Source: Candidatus Omnitrophota bacterium
GTDB lineage: Bacteria; Omnitrophota; Gorgyraeia; JAHJTE01
NCBI GenBank assembly: GCA_040753675.1
Contig: JBFMEB010000002.1
Coordinates: forward strand, 41,888 to 105,887
Reading direction: 5' to 3'
DNA length: 64,000 bases
How positions within the stretch are numbered: the first letter of the stretch is position 1; each line of letters starts with the position of its first letter. Position numbers and translations under genes: made by a program. Positions 32,583 to 41,965 of this stretch are shown piece after piece. The notes below the pieces were generated by a model. It had not been told where the DNA came from, searched no databases, and was given only the letters and a program-made list of their open reading frames with translations.

Positions 32583-33614
32583 TTAATAATTTATCTGACT
32601 TATTTTTTCTTCTATTTTATTGATCATACTCTTCGGTAAAGGCGCATATAGCAAATCAGCAGAGTAGTCTTGTCCATCGGTAATAGCCCAACGCAAAAAT
32701 TCGACTATTTTTTTGCCTTTTACCGGGTCATTCTGATTCTTATAGACTAAAATCCAGGTAAATCCACTAATAGGATAGGCATCCTTTCCGTCGGGATCTA
32801 CCAAAGAAACCCTAAAATCAGCTGGCATAGAATTGACCTTTCCATTTACTGCCGCTGTAGTTGATTCTATGCTGGGTGCTATGAAATTTCCGGATTTATT
32901 TTTGATATCCGCGTAGGGAAGATTGTTTTTAACAGCATATGCGAGTTCCACATAACCTATCGAGCCAGGCGTCTGTTTAACCAAGCCTGCAACCCCTTCA
33001 TTGCCTTTTCCGCCCAATCCCACAGGCCAGTTAACAGAGGTGCCTTTTCCAACCTTAGACTTCCAAGTTTTCGACACTTCGGAAAGATAATCGGTAAAGA
33101 TATTGGTTGTTCCGCTTCCGTCTGAACGATGGGCAACAATAATATTTTCATTGGGCAGGTTTGCGCCAGGATTATCTTTAGATATCCGCGGGTCACTCCA
33201 TTTGGTGATTTTACCAAGAAAAATATCGGCCAATACATCCGGACTAAACCTTAAGCGTTGGCTTACCTGATTAAGGTTATACGTAACTACTACAGCGCCC
33301 GCAGTCATTGGTATATGGAATAATTCACCGGGAGCTTGTTTTAACTGCTCATCGGTCAGCGCTCCGTCAGATGCGCCAAAATCCACAGTCTGAGCCGTTA
33401 TCTGTTTTATCCCGCCTCCCGAACCAATAGACTGATAGTTAAAATTGACAGTGGGATCGACCTTGGTATATTCATAGAACCACTTTGAATATAGAGGATA
33501 GGGGAAAGTTGCTCCCGCCCCGTTTATCAAAAGCAGTTTTGCAGCTAAAGCTACGCCCCCCATAAGGCCTGTTACTATTAACCCTACAATTAATCCTAAC
33601 AATTTCTTCCTCAT
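32583..33614 (-). CDS. pstS: Phosphate ABC transporter substrate-binding protein
   Basis: GAGATFP, GSGGG, DFGASD, RSDGSGTT; start set at MRKKLL after GGAGG. Confidence 0.96.
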   Translation of the reverse strand: MRKKLLGLIVGLIVTGLMGGVALAAKLLLINGAGATFPYPLYSKWFYEYTKVDPTVNFNYQSIGSGGGIKQITAQTVDFGASDGALTDEQLKQAPGELFHIPMTAGAVVVTYNLNQVSQRLRFSPDVLADIFLGKITKWSDPRISKDNPGANLPNENIIVAHRSDGSGTTNIFTDYLSEVSKTWKSKVGKGTSVNWPVGLGGKGNEGVAGLVKQTPGSIGYVELAYAVKNNLPYADIKNKSGNFIAPSIESTTAAVNGKVNSMPADFRVSLVDPDGKDAYPISGFTWILVYKNQNDPVKGKKIVEFLRWAITDGQDYSADLLYAPLPKSMINKIEEKISQINY

Positions 33615-33677
33615 TTTATAACCCTCCTTTTTGATTTTGCATTTTTCATCTTTTCTTTTCAAAGTTTAACATTCGGC

Positions 33678-33706
33678 TGTGACAATCCTGTGACAAAAAA
33701 GTAAAT
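33678..33706 (-). promoter_or_regulatory. Pho-box-like 11-bp-period direct repeats upstream of pstS
   Basis: Minus-strand TGTCACA at 33689-33695 and 33678-33684; similar 11-bp-phased repeats near 35523-35550 and 36298-36337. Confidence 0.65.
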
Positions 33707-33718
33707 TCTTTGAAAACT

Positions 33719-34984
33719 TTAAAATTTGAAATTTAAATCTGCCTGAAAGAGATTCTCTGTCTTATCTGGGGTGCTGGTTAAATCAGTATGATAGTAATCC
33801 AGCTCCAGATTCCAGTTCTTGCCTAAACCATAAGTAAGCAGTACCTCGTGTCCTCTTATGCCAGTTCTGCCGCCGTACCTGTCTGAATCTGGAAATACAT
33901 CTGGCCAGGCATACGTTCCAAGGAGCGTATGGGTGTATCTGAACTGCCATTGGCCAAAATCTTTTACTTTTTTATGGCCAAGCCTAACACCTCCCATATA
34001 CCCATTTTTGGATTGCTTGGCATCGAGATTATGGATGTATTCGCCAAAAAACCCAAGATAAGGCAGAGCACTTAAACCAAGAGGTTCTTTAACTCCTAAT
34101 TCAATAGTGGGACTAATGGAATTAAAATCTCCTCCACCATTTGTCACAGCTGTATTGTTATTTGTGTTATGGTTTAAGGTTGCGCCTCCTACTTTCTTAA
34201 ATCCATAATAGGTTGTTGCTAAATTCAAATCTAAGCCATCGTTTATCTTCCATTTTAAACCTGGTTGGAATACATACATTAATGGGTCAGCAGTTGCAGA
34301 ATTTTCATCCAACAAAAAAAGGGCTGTATTCATGTATGGCTCAAGATTTGGATTTAGTTTCCATTTAAGCTTACCCGCCACACCTTCAGGATGGATATCT
34401 GTATCCCAGAGCATATCACCTGGCTCCCAAATGGGATTTGCCATTCTACCGCCAAAAAATGTTGCCCATTTGAAAGGCGCATATTCAGCATAGGCATAAT
34501 CGAGGCGGATATCTTTAAGCTCAAAGGTGTTTTCTAAGGTCTGATTGGTTGAACGCGGGTCGGTTCCGCCGCTGGCCAATCCAAAATGCGCTTTGATTTG
34601 ATCATTAACCTTGGCCTCTGCGCCAACCCTAAACCTTATCCTTCCTCGCTCCCGCTCAGTAGTATTTCCCATGTTTAGATTGCTTCCTTTTCTCTTTTCA
34701 TTTTGGTAGCGCAACCTGAAATCGCCTTTGAGTTTTATGTTTTTTGCCCAATCAGGCATATTATCTTTTGCCAGTTTTTTATAGTCTTCCTGTTTCTGCT
34801 TTTCCATTTTGGCTATTTCTTCATTCGTCTCGGTTCTAACTTCTTGTGCTTCAGAAGCGCTTAAAATACCTTTTTCTACCAGTTTCTGCAGAAGAACGTC
34901 AACTTCACCGGCATATGACGGTCTTATCCCCAAGCACACCCCTAGAAATCCGATTAACACAAATACAACAAAACTTTTCTTCAT
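33719..34984 (-). CDS. Putative porin (phosphate-regulon associated)
   Basis: Signal peptide, LLQKLVEKGIL, GDFRLRY, C-terminal ADLNFKF; start set at MKKSFVV after GGAGG. Confidence 0.8.
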   Translation of the reverse strand: MKKSFVVFVLIGFLGVCLGIRPSYAGEVDVLLQKLVEKGILSASEAQEVRTETNEEIAKMEKQKQEDYKKLAKDNMPDWAKNIKLKGDFRLRYQNEKRKGSNLNMGNTTERERGRIRFRVGAEAKVNDQIKAHFGLASGGTDPRSTNQTLENTFELKDIRLDYAYAEYAPFKWATFFGGRMANPIWEPGDMLWDTDIHPEGVAGKLKWKLNPNLEPYMNTALFLLDENSATADPLMYVFQPGLKWKINDGLDLNLATTYYGFKKVGGATLNHNTNNNTAVTNGGGDFNSISPTIELGVKEPLGLSALPYLGFFGEYIHNLDAKQSKNGYMGGVRLGHKKVKDFGQWQFRYTHTLLGTYAWPDVFPDSDRYGGRTGIRGHEVLLTYGLGKNWNLELDYYHTDLTSTPDKTENLFQADLNFKF

Positions 34985-35042
34985 TTGGCTTCCTCCTTTT
35001 AATGACCAATTTTTCTGATTTGACGTATATTCAACATCTCCT

Positions 35043-35483
35043 TCATTTCGATATACCACCTCCTTCTCCTGAATTGACCGAAAATGTTTTGTCTCTTATC
35101 CCAGTTAATTCCTTAATAATATCCATCAACTTGGCAACACTGAAAGGCTTGGTGAGGTAATAATCTGCACCTATGATGTTGCCGTAAATCTTATCCAGAG
35201 GCTGAACTCTAGCAGTCAAAACTACTACAAATGTCTTGAACGCTGCCGGATTCTCTTTAATAAACTCACATATACGAAAGCCGTCGATTCCCGGAAGCAT
35301 AATATCCAAGACCACTACGTCAAAAATGTCTTTTGAGAGCTTCTCTTTCGCAGAAATCCCATCAAAAACACTCTCAACTGTGTAGCCATTCTTTAAGAGG
35401 TTGTACGAAATGAGCTTGTTGAGGCTTGCGTCGTCCTCGACAACCATTATTCTTTTTGCTTTCTTTGCTATCGCTGTTTTCAT
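35043..35483 (-). CDS. Single-domain response regulator receiver
   Basis: VVEDD, LDIMLPGIDG, LTA, YLTKPF; no output domain. Confidence 0.9.
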   Translation of the reverse strand: MKTAIAKKAKRIMVVEDDASLNKLISYNLLKNGYTVESVFDGISAKEKLSKDIFDVVVLDIMLPGIDGFRICEFIKENPAAFKTFVVVLTARVQPLDKIYGNIIGADYYLTKPFSVAKLMDIIKELTGIRDKTFSVNSGEGGGISK

Positions 35484-35564
35484 AATCTATTTTACTTTCA
35501 GCATTAAGCTTACAAAATTATTGTTACAAAATCCTTAAACGACTGTGAACTTTCTGCAAACTCT

Positions 35565-36257
35565 TTAAATTTCAACCTTATATCCTTCCCCCTTGATTGT
35601 CTTAATAAATTGAGGATTATTCGGATCTTTTTCTATTTTTTCTCTTAAATGCCTTATATGGACATCGATATTGCCGTACTCAACGATTTTGTCTTGCCAG
35701 ACTGCATCAGAGATTTGTTCATGAGTAAGAAGCTCACCTTTTCTCTCTATAAGCACCTTGAGAATCGCTGCTTCTTTATTTGTAAGGTATATCTCTTTAC
35801 CTTTCACTCTCACTGTAGAATCCACAAAATCAATCTCAATTCCATTAAAAGTATATTTTCTAGGTAACATGGGAGGTTTTTCGGCTCTGGCTAAAACTCT
35901 CTTTACTCTTGCCACAAGCTCCCTGGGGCTAAATGGCTTGGTAACATAATCATCCGCGCCAACCTCAAACCCTTTGAGTTTATCTTCGGTCTCGGCGCGG
36001 CAGGTAAGCATTATTACGAGGATGTCCTTTGTCTTTTGAGTTTCTCTTAAGCGTTTACAAACTTCCCAGCCATCTATCTTGGGAAGCATTAAATCTAAAA
36101 TCATTAGGTCAGGCAATTCTCTTTCGGCTATTTTGAGTGCCTCTTCTCCGTCATCGCAAGATAGAACATCGTAGCCCAACATTTTTATATGCAGGCTCAC
36201 TAAAGCAACTAGTTCCTTCTCATCATCAACGATTAAGATTTTCTTTTTACTAGACAT
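35565..36257 (-). CDS. OmpR/PhoB-family response regulator (second copy)
   Basis: Receiver plus winged helix (IDVHIRHLREKIE, TIKGEGY). Confidence 0.92.
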   Translation of the reverse strand: MSSKKKILIVDDEKELVALVSLHIKMLGYDVLSCDDGEEALKIAERELPDLMILDLMLPKIDGWEVCKRLRETQKTKDILVIMLTCRAETEDKLKGFEVGADDYVTKPFSPRELVARVKRVLARAEKPPMLPRKYTFNGIEIDFVDSTVRVKGKEIYLTNKEAAILKVLIERKGELLTHEQISDAVWQDKIVEYGNIDVHIRHLREKIEKDPNNPQFIKTIKGEGYKVEI

Positions 36258-36362
36258 CTTCTTTTATTGTTTTGTCAAGGAAAGTATAACTTATGGGTGT
36301 GACAAAATCCTTAAGGGAATGTAAATTTTGTGTGAAGTTAAGAATGTAGAATTAGGTGAGGA

Positions 36363-37535
36363 TTAAGCTTGAGGAATGGTAAAGCTAAAAGTAGAGCCCT
36401 GGCCAAATTCTGATTTGACCCAGACTTGGCCTTCGTGAGCCTGGACAATGTGCTTTACAATGGAAAGCCCTAATCCAGTCCCACCAAGTTCTCTTGAGCG
36501 GGCTTTATCTACACGATAGAATCTCTCAAAGATGCGAGGAAGGTCTTTTTCCGGAATGCCTATGCCGGTATCTTCTATCTCTACTTGTACGAATCTATCT
36601 TTTTTAGATACAGTGATTGAAACCTTGCCTCCGTCAGGGGTATATTTTATGGCATTGTCCAAGAGATTTAGAACAACCTGGGATATCCTTGTCTCATCAG
36701 CTAAGACCTTAGGTAAACTAGCTGTGACATTTAAACTTATGGAGATAGACTTTCTTTTTGCTTGCGCCTCCAATACCTTCATTGTGCGTTTTATTACCTC
36801 TAAGATATCAACGGGCAAGAAGACCATCTTTAATTTTCCGGATTCTATCTTGGATAGATCCAAAAGGTCGTCAATTAATTTTGCCAAGCGGTCGCTATCG
36901 CGATAAATTATTTCTATAAAATCCTTGGCATTATCTTTATCCTGTATCGCCCCCTCTAAAAGTGTCTCGGCATATCCTTTTATGCTGGTTAAAGGAGTGC
37001 GCAGTTCATGGGAAACATTGGCCACAAAATCCTGACGGATTCTTTCCAGCCGCCTTAATTCAGTAATGTCGTGAAAAACTAAAATTGCGCCTTCTACTGT
37101 ATCATCCCTAACAATGGGAGCACTATTAATTTTGAGCACCTTTTCTTCCGGGGTAAAAAGCTGTATCTCTTCCGAGACTAATTTTTGCTCTCCTTTAAGT
37201 GTCCTGTCTACAATATCACAAACCTTGACATTGCGGATTATTTCTAAGGGTGTTTTGCCTTCAGGAGAGGTATCTATAAAAAATGTCTTTCTTAAAGAGG
37301 AGTTCATCAAGAGGATTTCTCCCGCTTTATTAACTACCAACACCCCTTCGAACATACTTGAAAGCACAGTCTCTAACTTTGCTTGGCCTGTAGAGTGGGT
37401 TTCTATCTTTTCCTTTAATTTCGCCTCCTTCTCCTCCAAGGATAATTTTAGCCTTTGCACAAGCCTGGCTTGCCTGGATTGTTTAAATAATAAGATTAAA
37501 ATTACAAGAATTAAGAAAATTATAAAATAGGGCAT
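36363..37535 (-). CDS. phoR: Phosphate regulon sensor histidine kinase
   Basis: PAS, FVANVSHELRTPL, RFYRVDKARSR, GTGLGL. Confidence 0.9.
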   Translation of the reverse strand: MPYFIIFLILVILILLFKQSRQARLVQRLKLSLEEKEAKLKEKIETHSTGQAKLETVLSSMFEGVLVVNKAGEILLMNSSLRKTFFIDTSPEGKTPLEIIRNVKVCDIVDRTLKGEQKLVSEEIQLFTPEEKVLKINSAPIVRDDTVEGAILVFHDITELRRLERIRQDFVANVSHELRTPLTSIKGYAETLLEGAIQDKDNAKDFIEIIYRDSDRLAKLIDDLLDLSKIESGKLKMVFLPVDILEVIKRTMKVLEAQAKRKSISISLNVTASLPKVLADETRISQVVLNLLDNAIKYTPDGGKVSITVSKKDRFVQVEIEDTGIGIPEKDLPRIFERFYRVDKARSRELGGTGLGLSIVKHIVQAHEGQVWVKSEFGQGSTFSFTIPQA

Positions 37536-37538
37536 ATT

Positions 37539-38225
37539 CTAATCTTCTTCTTTGAACCTGTATCCTAATCCGCGCACAGTCTCAATCAGATTGCCGAGTT
37601 TACCTAATTTCTCTCTTAGGCGTTTAATATGGGTATCTACGGTGCGGGTGTCAACTTCTGCATGGATATCCCAAATATCAGATAATAATCTATCCCTGGT
37701 CTGGACTCGGCCCTGCCTTTCGATGAGGGTAACTAACAACTTAAACTCTAAAGGCGACAGTTCTATCTCTTTTTGATTTATGGTAGCTTTGTGTTTGGGT
37801 ATATCTACAATTAGATTATTTACTTTTAGAATATCCTTTTTTGATTCCTCTAACTTACCTCTTTTTAAAATCGCCTTTACCCTTAAGACTAACTCCCTTG
37901 GACTAAATGGTTTGACTATATAGTCATCTGCCCCAAGCTCTAAACCCACGATCCTATCTACCTCTTCACCCTTAGCCGTAAGCATTACTATCGGGATATT
38001 TTTAAGTTTTGGGTCTTGTTTTATGAGGCGGCAGGTCTCAAATCCATCCATCTTAGGAAGCATAATATCCAGAATAATTAAGTCTATGGGAAATTTACTC
38101 AAGACCTCTAACGCCTCTTCGCCGGTTATGGCTGTAAGACATTCAAAATCTTGCTTCTCTAAATTATATTTGACGAGTTTAGAAATATTTTTATCGTCTT
38201 CGACTATTAAAATCTTTTCTCTCAT
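37539..38225 (-). CDS. phoB: Phosphate regulon response regulator
   Basis: Receiver plus RTVDTHIKRLREKL, TVRGLGY; coupled to phoR. Confidence 0.85.
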   Translation of the reverse strand: MREKILIVEDDKNISKLVKYNLEKQDFECLTAITGEEALEVLSKFPIDLIILDIMLPKMDGFETCRLIKQDPKLKNIPIVMLTAKGEEVDRIVGLELGADDYIVKPFSPRELVLRVKAILKRGKLEESKKDILKVNNLIVDIPKHKATINQKEIELSPLEFKLLVTLIERQGRVQTRDRLLSDIWDIHAEVDTRTVDTHIKRLREKLGKLGNLIETVRGLGYRFKEED

Positions 38226-38301
38226 TATTTTTGTACTTTTCTATTTATGTACATATTGCTATTGTTTTTCCTTTTGTCCATATTTCAGCATAAACAAAAA
38301 A

Positions 38302-38478
38302 CTACTTATTTGTCCTTACCTTGACAAACTCCTCTAAATCCTCTGGCTTAATCCTCCACTTCTTCATTTTAGTAGCTCTTAGTTGTTTGTTCTGGATAAG
38401 GTCACGAATCCAATCCTCGGTAACATCCAGTCTTTTAGCCACTTCTTTGACAGTAAGATATTTGGTAAGGTCAACCAT
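38302..38478 (-). CDS. Excisionase-like (MerR-type HTH) DNA-binding protein
   Basis: Not in ORF track; 58 aa MVDLTKYLTVKEVAKRLDVTEDWIRDLIQNKQLRATK...WRI...DLEEF; AGGAG RBS. Confidence 0.8.
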   Translation of the reverse strand: MVDLTKYLTVKEVAKRLDVTEDWIRDLIQNKQLRATKMKKWRIKPEDLEEFVKVRTNK

Positions 38479-38584
38479 AGTTTAGACTCCTAATAAATGC
38501 AGGGAAATATACGATTTGGTAACTTCCTATTGCTTACTATTGTATATCTTTAAGGTTGGAATGTCAAATAAACAAATCGTCTCT

Positions 38585-39343
38585 TTACCACCTCTTACAC
38601 AATTCCCTATACCCACATATCCCGCAGAAGTAATTTTCATCCGGGTAGAATATCCCAGTCTTTATCGCTTTAGAGACATAAGCGAGGATTTTAAGGAAGC
38701 GGTCTAAGTCTTGCTGTGTGCGCTGGGTAGTTAGTTGCTGGACTTTAGGCTTTTTGGTTCTGACCATTACATCAAAGCGAAGGGCCTTTTCTTTTAGGCC
38801 TAAGGCATGGCGGTAGGCAAGGGAATAGCAGGTAATCTGAAGGTCTGTGTTGATATTTTCTTCCGGCATAGAGCGCTTGGTAGTTTTATGGTCAATGATA
38901 ATGTCTTGGTTATCTACAAGATCAAGCTTTCCTTTTAAGGTATAGTCAACGTTCTGGAAGGAGAGGTCAAAGTCTTTCTCTACAACTTTGGGCTGAATAG
39001 TAGGTGAGATTTGGTTGTGGTAAGTAGTAATAAGGCCAACTCCTTCGTCTTTGACTTGGCCGGGCTTTTCGCCTTCTTCAAAGACCGTTTCCTTTACCTC
39101 GGATTCCCACAGATCCGAGAATAAGTCAGTTACCTGTTTAACCGGAAGGTCCTGTTTTGTCTTTATCTTTTGGGAATAGTTTATCTCTAAGGCGGAGTGG
39201 ATAGAACGTCCTAAGGTAATAGCACTAACAGGTGGTATCTTTAGTCCGTCAACATAGCGGAACTTATACTGCAAGGGACAGCGAAGATACATTTTAATCT
39301 GAGTTATAGATAAGTGATTGTTATTCATCTTTTTTACCTCCAT
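38585..39343 (-). CDS. PD-(D/E)XK RecB/Cas4-like nuclease
   Basis: LSITQI..Y..CP, GRSIH, GKLDLV, IIDHKT, Q..Y, C-terminal CxxCxYxxxC; true start may be 39328. Confidence 0.85.
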   Translation of the reverse strand: MEVKKMNNNHLSITQIKMYLRCPLQYKFRYVDGLKIPPVSAITLGRSIHSALEINYSQKIKTKQDLPVKQVTDLFSDLWESEVKETVFEEGEKPGQVKDEGVGLITTYHNQISPTIQPKVVEKDFDLSFQNVDYTLKGKLDLVDNQDIIIDHKTTKRSMPEENINTDLQITCYSLAYRHALGLKEKALRFDVMVRTKKPKVQQLTTQRTQQDLDRFLKILAYVSKAIKTGIFYPDENYFCGICGYRELCKRW

Positions 39344-39377
39344 CTTAATATGTCAATAAAGGGTCATTTTGTGACAG

Positions 39378-39414
39378 AAAAAGTAGGGCGGGCCCTCGAA
39401 TGAGAACCCGCCCC
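39378..39414 (-). terminator. Intrinsic terminator after the small-gene string
   Basis: Minus strand GGGCGGGTTCTC-ATTC-GAGGGCCCGCCC then TACTTTTT. Confidence 0.6.
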
Positions 39415-39421
39415 TTTCAAA

Positions 39422-39835
39422 CTAAACTGCCACTGCCATCAACTCATCGATTTTCTCAGATGCCTCCTGCATCGTGAGATTGTTTAGCCCCTCGATGAAT
39501 TGGCCTCTTTCTTTGGCAAGCCGGATAATAAGCGACTTCTGCTTGCCTGTTGCAGGAGCGTCAGGGTCCTTAAGCTGAGGCTTGCCGTTGCCGTTCTTTT
39601 CCCTTCGACTTTGCTCATGGCGAGTCGGCTGAGGCACCGTAACTTCCTCCTTAGGCGGAAACTCCAAAGGATCAGCGTCAGGATTAAGCTGGCGCTGAAT
39701 GGCGGCCTTTGCCAAAGCGAAGAGCTCATCAACGACTGTGTCAGCTTTATCTTTCGGCACGTCGCCGACTGTTTCAAAAGTGACTGAATAGGTATCACCG
39801 TTATTTTTGTAACCGTAATTCGCTAAGATTCTCAT
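39422..39835 (-). CDS. Hypothetical protein with C-terminal 'ATxKQ...LTxxEAS..I..L' helical domain
   Basis: GGAGG RBS; C-terminal motif shared with 52187-52822. Confidence 0.7.
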   Translation of the reverse strand: MRILANYGYKNNGDTYSVTFETVGDVPKDKADTVVDELFALAKAAIQRQLNPDADPLEFPPKEEVTVPQPTRHEQSRREKNGNGKPQLKDPDAPATGKQKSLIIRLAKERGQFIEGLNNLTMQEASEKIDELMAVAV

Positions 39836-39852
39836 GGCATTTACCTCCTGTT

Positions 39853-40080
39853 TTAGAATCCCTTGTACCAGGATTCATTTTTAACGTTATCGCCTTGTCT
39901 GTGTGAACTGATAGGCTTAATTGTGCCAAGGCATTTTTTACACATAAGCCCATACTCCGTAGAAAAGCAATCCTCAACTGCAATGCCATCCTCATCAACG
40001 AGGAATTTATCGCAGTAATCACATACGCGAGGATCGCCTTCCTGAAGCGTTACTTTAATGATGAAAGGGTTATCATCCAT
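39853..40080 (-). CDS. Small zinc-finger protein
   Basis: CDYC...CKKC; GAGGTG RBS. Confidence 0.7.
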   Translation of the reverse strand: MDDNPFIIKVTLQEGDPRVCDYCDKFLVDEDGIAVEDCFSTEYGLMCKKCLGTIKPISSHRQGDNVKNESWYKGF

Positions 40081-40095
40081 AGACTAATCACCTCT

Positions 40096-40383
40096 TCAAA
40101 GTTCGATTGCCTTGAGGTGGGCAACCGTCCATTTCTCTTTTTCTTCCAAGTTCTTTCCCCAGCCCATACGCAGAGCCTCTTGGTGGGTGGGGATATCGGT
40201 AAGCTCAATGAAAGAGTTAGACTTTACATAGTCAATGTGCTTACAGTGACGATAGTAAAGCCAGCCCTTGCAGTTACAGGAGAGCTCACCGGTAGAAAGC
40301 TTCCGTTTCACGAAATAAACATCACCTCCTTTTTTGGACTTGAATTTCGCTAAGGTCTCATATTTAAGGGCCATCTTCATCAC
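40096..40383 (-). CDS. SWIM-type zinc-finger protein
   Basis: SCNCKGWLYYRHCKH (CxC...CxH). Confidence 0.75.
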   Translation of the reverse strand: MMKMALKYETLAKFKSKKGGDVYFVKRKLSTGELSCNCKGWLYYRHCKHIDYVKSNSFIELTDIPTHQEALRMGWGKNLEEKEKWTVAHLKAIEL

Positions 40384-40781
40384 CTCCCCTCATGAATGAC
40401 TGAGACCTCTAAACCTGCTTTCTGGGCAGCCTCAAAGGTAAATTTAGTACCCCTGGACTTACCGTCCCAGATGGCAAAGCACTCTTTTGATAAGCCGACC
40501 ATATAGAGATTGCGGGCAAGATAGGTAGAAGATAGCCTGATAACTTTACCGACTTTATCTAAAGCAAACTCATTACGGCACCTGCCGTGAGCGCCGACAA
40601 CAGTAACATGCTTGCCATAGCCGCGCCTAATTGCCTCGGCGACAACAAGGCGGTCAACACCGGGAGCATCGCCAACGACAATCTCAACGCCCCTATTGAT
40701 GAGCGTGTCAATGAGGAGCGATATATTTTCAGAGTGCGTAATGCTACGAGAGCCTGTAATAACCACATACTGCTTACTCAT
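40380..40781 (-). CDS. SLOG-superfamily (YspA/DprA-like) protein
   Basis: VITGSR, VVGDAPGVD, ARNLYMV, IWDGKSRGT; start set at MSKQY after GGAGGTG. Confidence 0.8.
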   Translation of the reverse strand: MSKQYVVITGSRSITHSENISLLIDTLINRGVEIVVGDAPGVDRLVVAEAIRRGYGKHVTVVGAHGRCRNEFALDKVGKVIRLSSTYLARNLYMVGLSKECFAIWDGKSRGTKFTFEAAQKAGLEVSVIHEGR

Positions 40782-40902
40782 CGTTATCACCTCCCATAGT
40801 CTGGCCTTCGCCGTCTCTCTCGAAACCACAGTGCTCACACCAGGAGCCATAACCTGGCATAATGTGGTAATCTGAACTATTGCAGACAGGACAACGCAAC
40901 AT
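40774..40902 (-). CDS. 42-aa zinc-ribbon protein
   Basis: Not in ORF track; MLRCPVCNSSDYHIMPGYGSWCEHCGF...; GGAGGTG RBS. Confidence 0.6.
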   Translation of the reverse strand: MLRCPVCNSSDYHIMPGYGSWCEHCGFERDGEGQTMGGDNDE

Positions 40903-41190
40903 CTAAATCACCTCCTCTAAGACATCACTGTGTCCCTGGACAAACTCCTCAAGAGACTCCCAAGCCTGAGGGACAAAGCCAGCTGAGATAAGCCGATGGA
41001 CATCCCTCATAAGACGACGCTCTTCTCTGACAGCAGAGGAACCAAAGGAATACGAAGGTAAATCCTCAAAAGAAGTGCGATACTGAGAATCGCGAGATGT
41101 AGAATATCTTTCCATACACGCATCCACACGCAACATGCCATCCTCAAACTTTCTTTCCTTTGCCGAACTATAAATATTTTTTTGCCGCAT
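40903..41190 (-). CDS. Hypothetical protein, first gene of the small-gene string
   Basis: ATG at 41190 after AGGAGGT; track start 41295 lies in the structured region. Confidence 0.6.
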   Translation of the reverse strand: MRQKNIYSSAKERKFEDGMLRVDACMERYSTSRDSQYRTSFEDLPSYSFGSSAVREERRLMRDVHRLISAGFVPQAWESLEEFVQGHSDVLEEVI

Positions 41191-41965
41191 GGCGAACCTC
41201 CTTTCTTTTTTCGCCAAAAAAATAAGCCCAAGTATTTGACCCCGAAGGGTTACGCCACGATAGTGGCGTAATACCGAGCCTTTGAGGCAAACCACAAAGG
41301 CGAGGTAGAGATGAATTTTTCTAAAAAATTTTCTTGCACAAAAGTCAAATCTTGGGCATCTCTTAAAGCGAAAAAGAAAGGACGGTGAGGCAGAGGCAAA
41401 AAAGATACCTCAATCCGGTGAGGCAAAGGAAAGGACTAAAGAAGGATGGCGATGGATGCAGGATGAAGGAAAGCCGTTTTGGGGTCTGGGGCATTTTTCA
41501 AAAATGCCCCAGTGGGAGTTCAGAGGGCAAAGCCCTCTGACAGGCAGGCACTCTGCCGAAGACCGCCCTTACCTACTAAAAACTTGTATTTTTAAGGTGG
41601 TGAAATTCAGGTGGGGCGGGCTGAGGCAGAGGTGGACACGAGCGAGGCACAAAAAAGAGACACAAACTTTTCTCCCCTGTTGTTAAGGAACTCTCGGGAG
41701 AAAAGTTTTAGGGTTCGCCTGCTTGTCTTAAAGGCGAACGCTAAAAGTGTCTCTTAGCGAAAGCAAATCTTGCGAGTGAAACGAGCAAGTTTTGCGAAGC
41801 GATTTTTGTGCCGAGTGAGTGGACACGGCTGGCTTCGGCGTCGTTAGATACAGGTGATTTGAGGGATGGTGAGCTTGGTGAGGCGAAAACACCGAAGGTG
41901 GTTGAGCCCCGAGCACGCCAACCCGAAATGAGGAAAGCAGGCTAAGCCGAAGCCAGCCTGCCTGA
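41120..41965. other. Highly structured non-coding region (long fold-back plus multiple hairpins)
   Basis: Nested inverted segments 41120-41240 vs 41344-41459; further hairpins near 41486-41512, 41520-41540, 41664-41708, 41713-41739. Confidence 0.7.

Noticed and set aside
33678-33695. TGTCACA before pstS as a fourth copy of the element regulon motif
   Set aside because: Lacks the TTGACATA half at 12 nt; shows 11-bp direct-repeat phasing typical of pho boxes
38585-39343. Cas4 as evidence of a CRISPR-Cas system
   Set aside because: Solo RecB-like nuclease typical of mobile elements; no cas1/cas2 or array
41456-41916. ORFs 41456-41686 and 41728-41916
   Set aside because: No RBS or recognisable motifs; lie in hairpin-dense DNA
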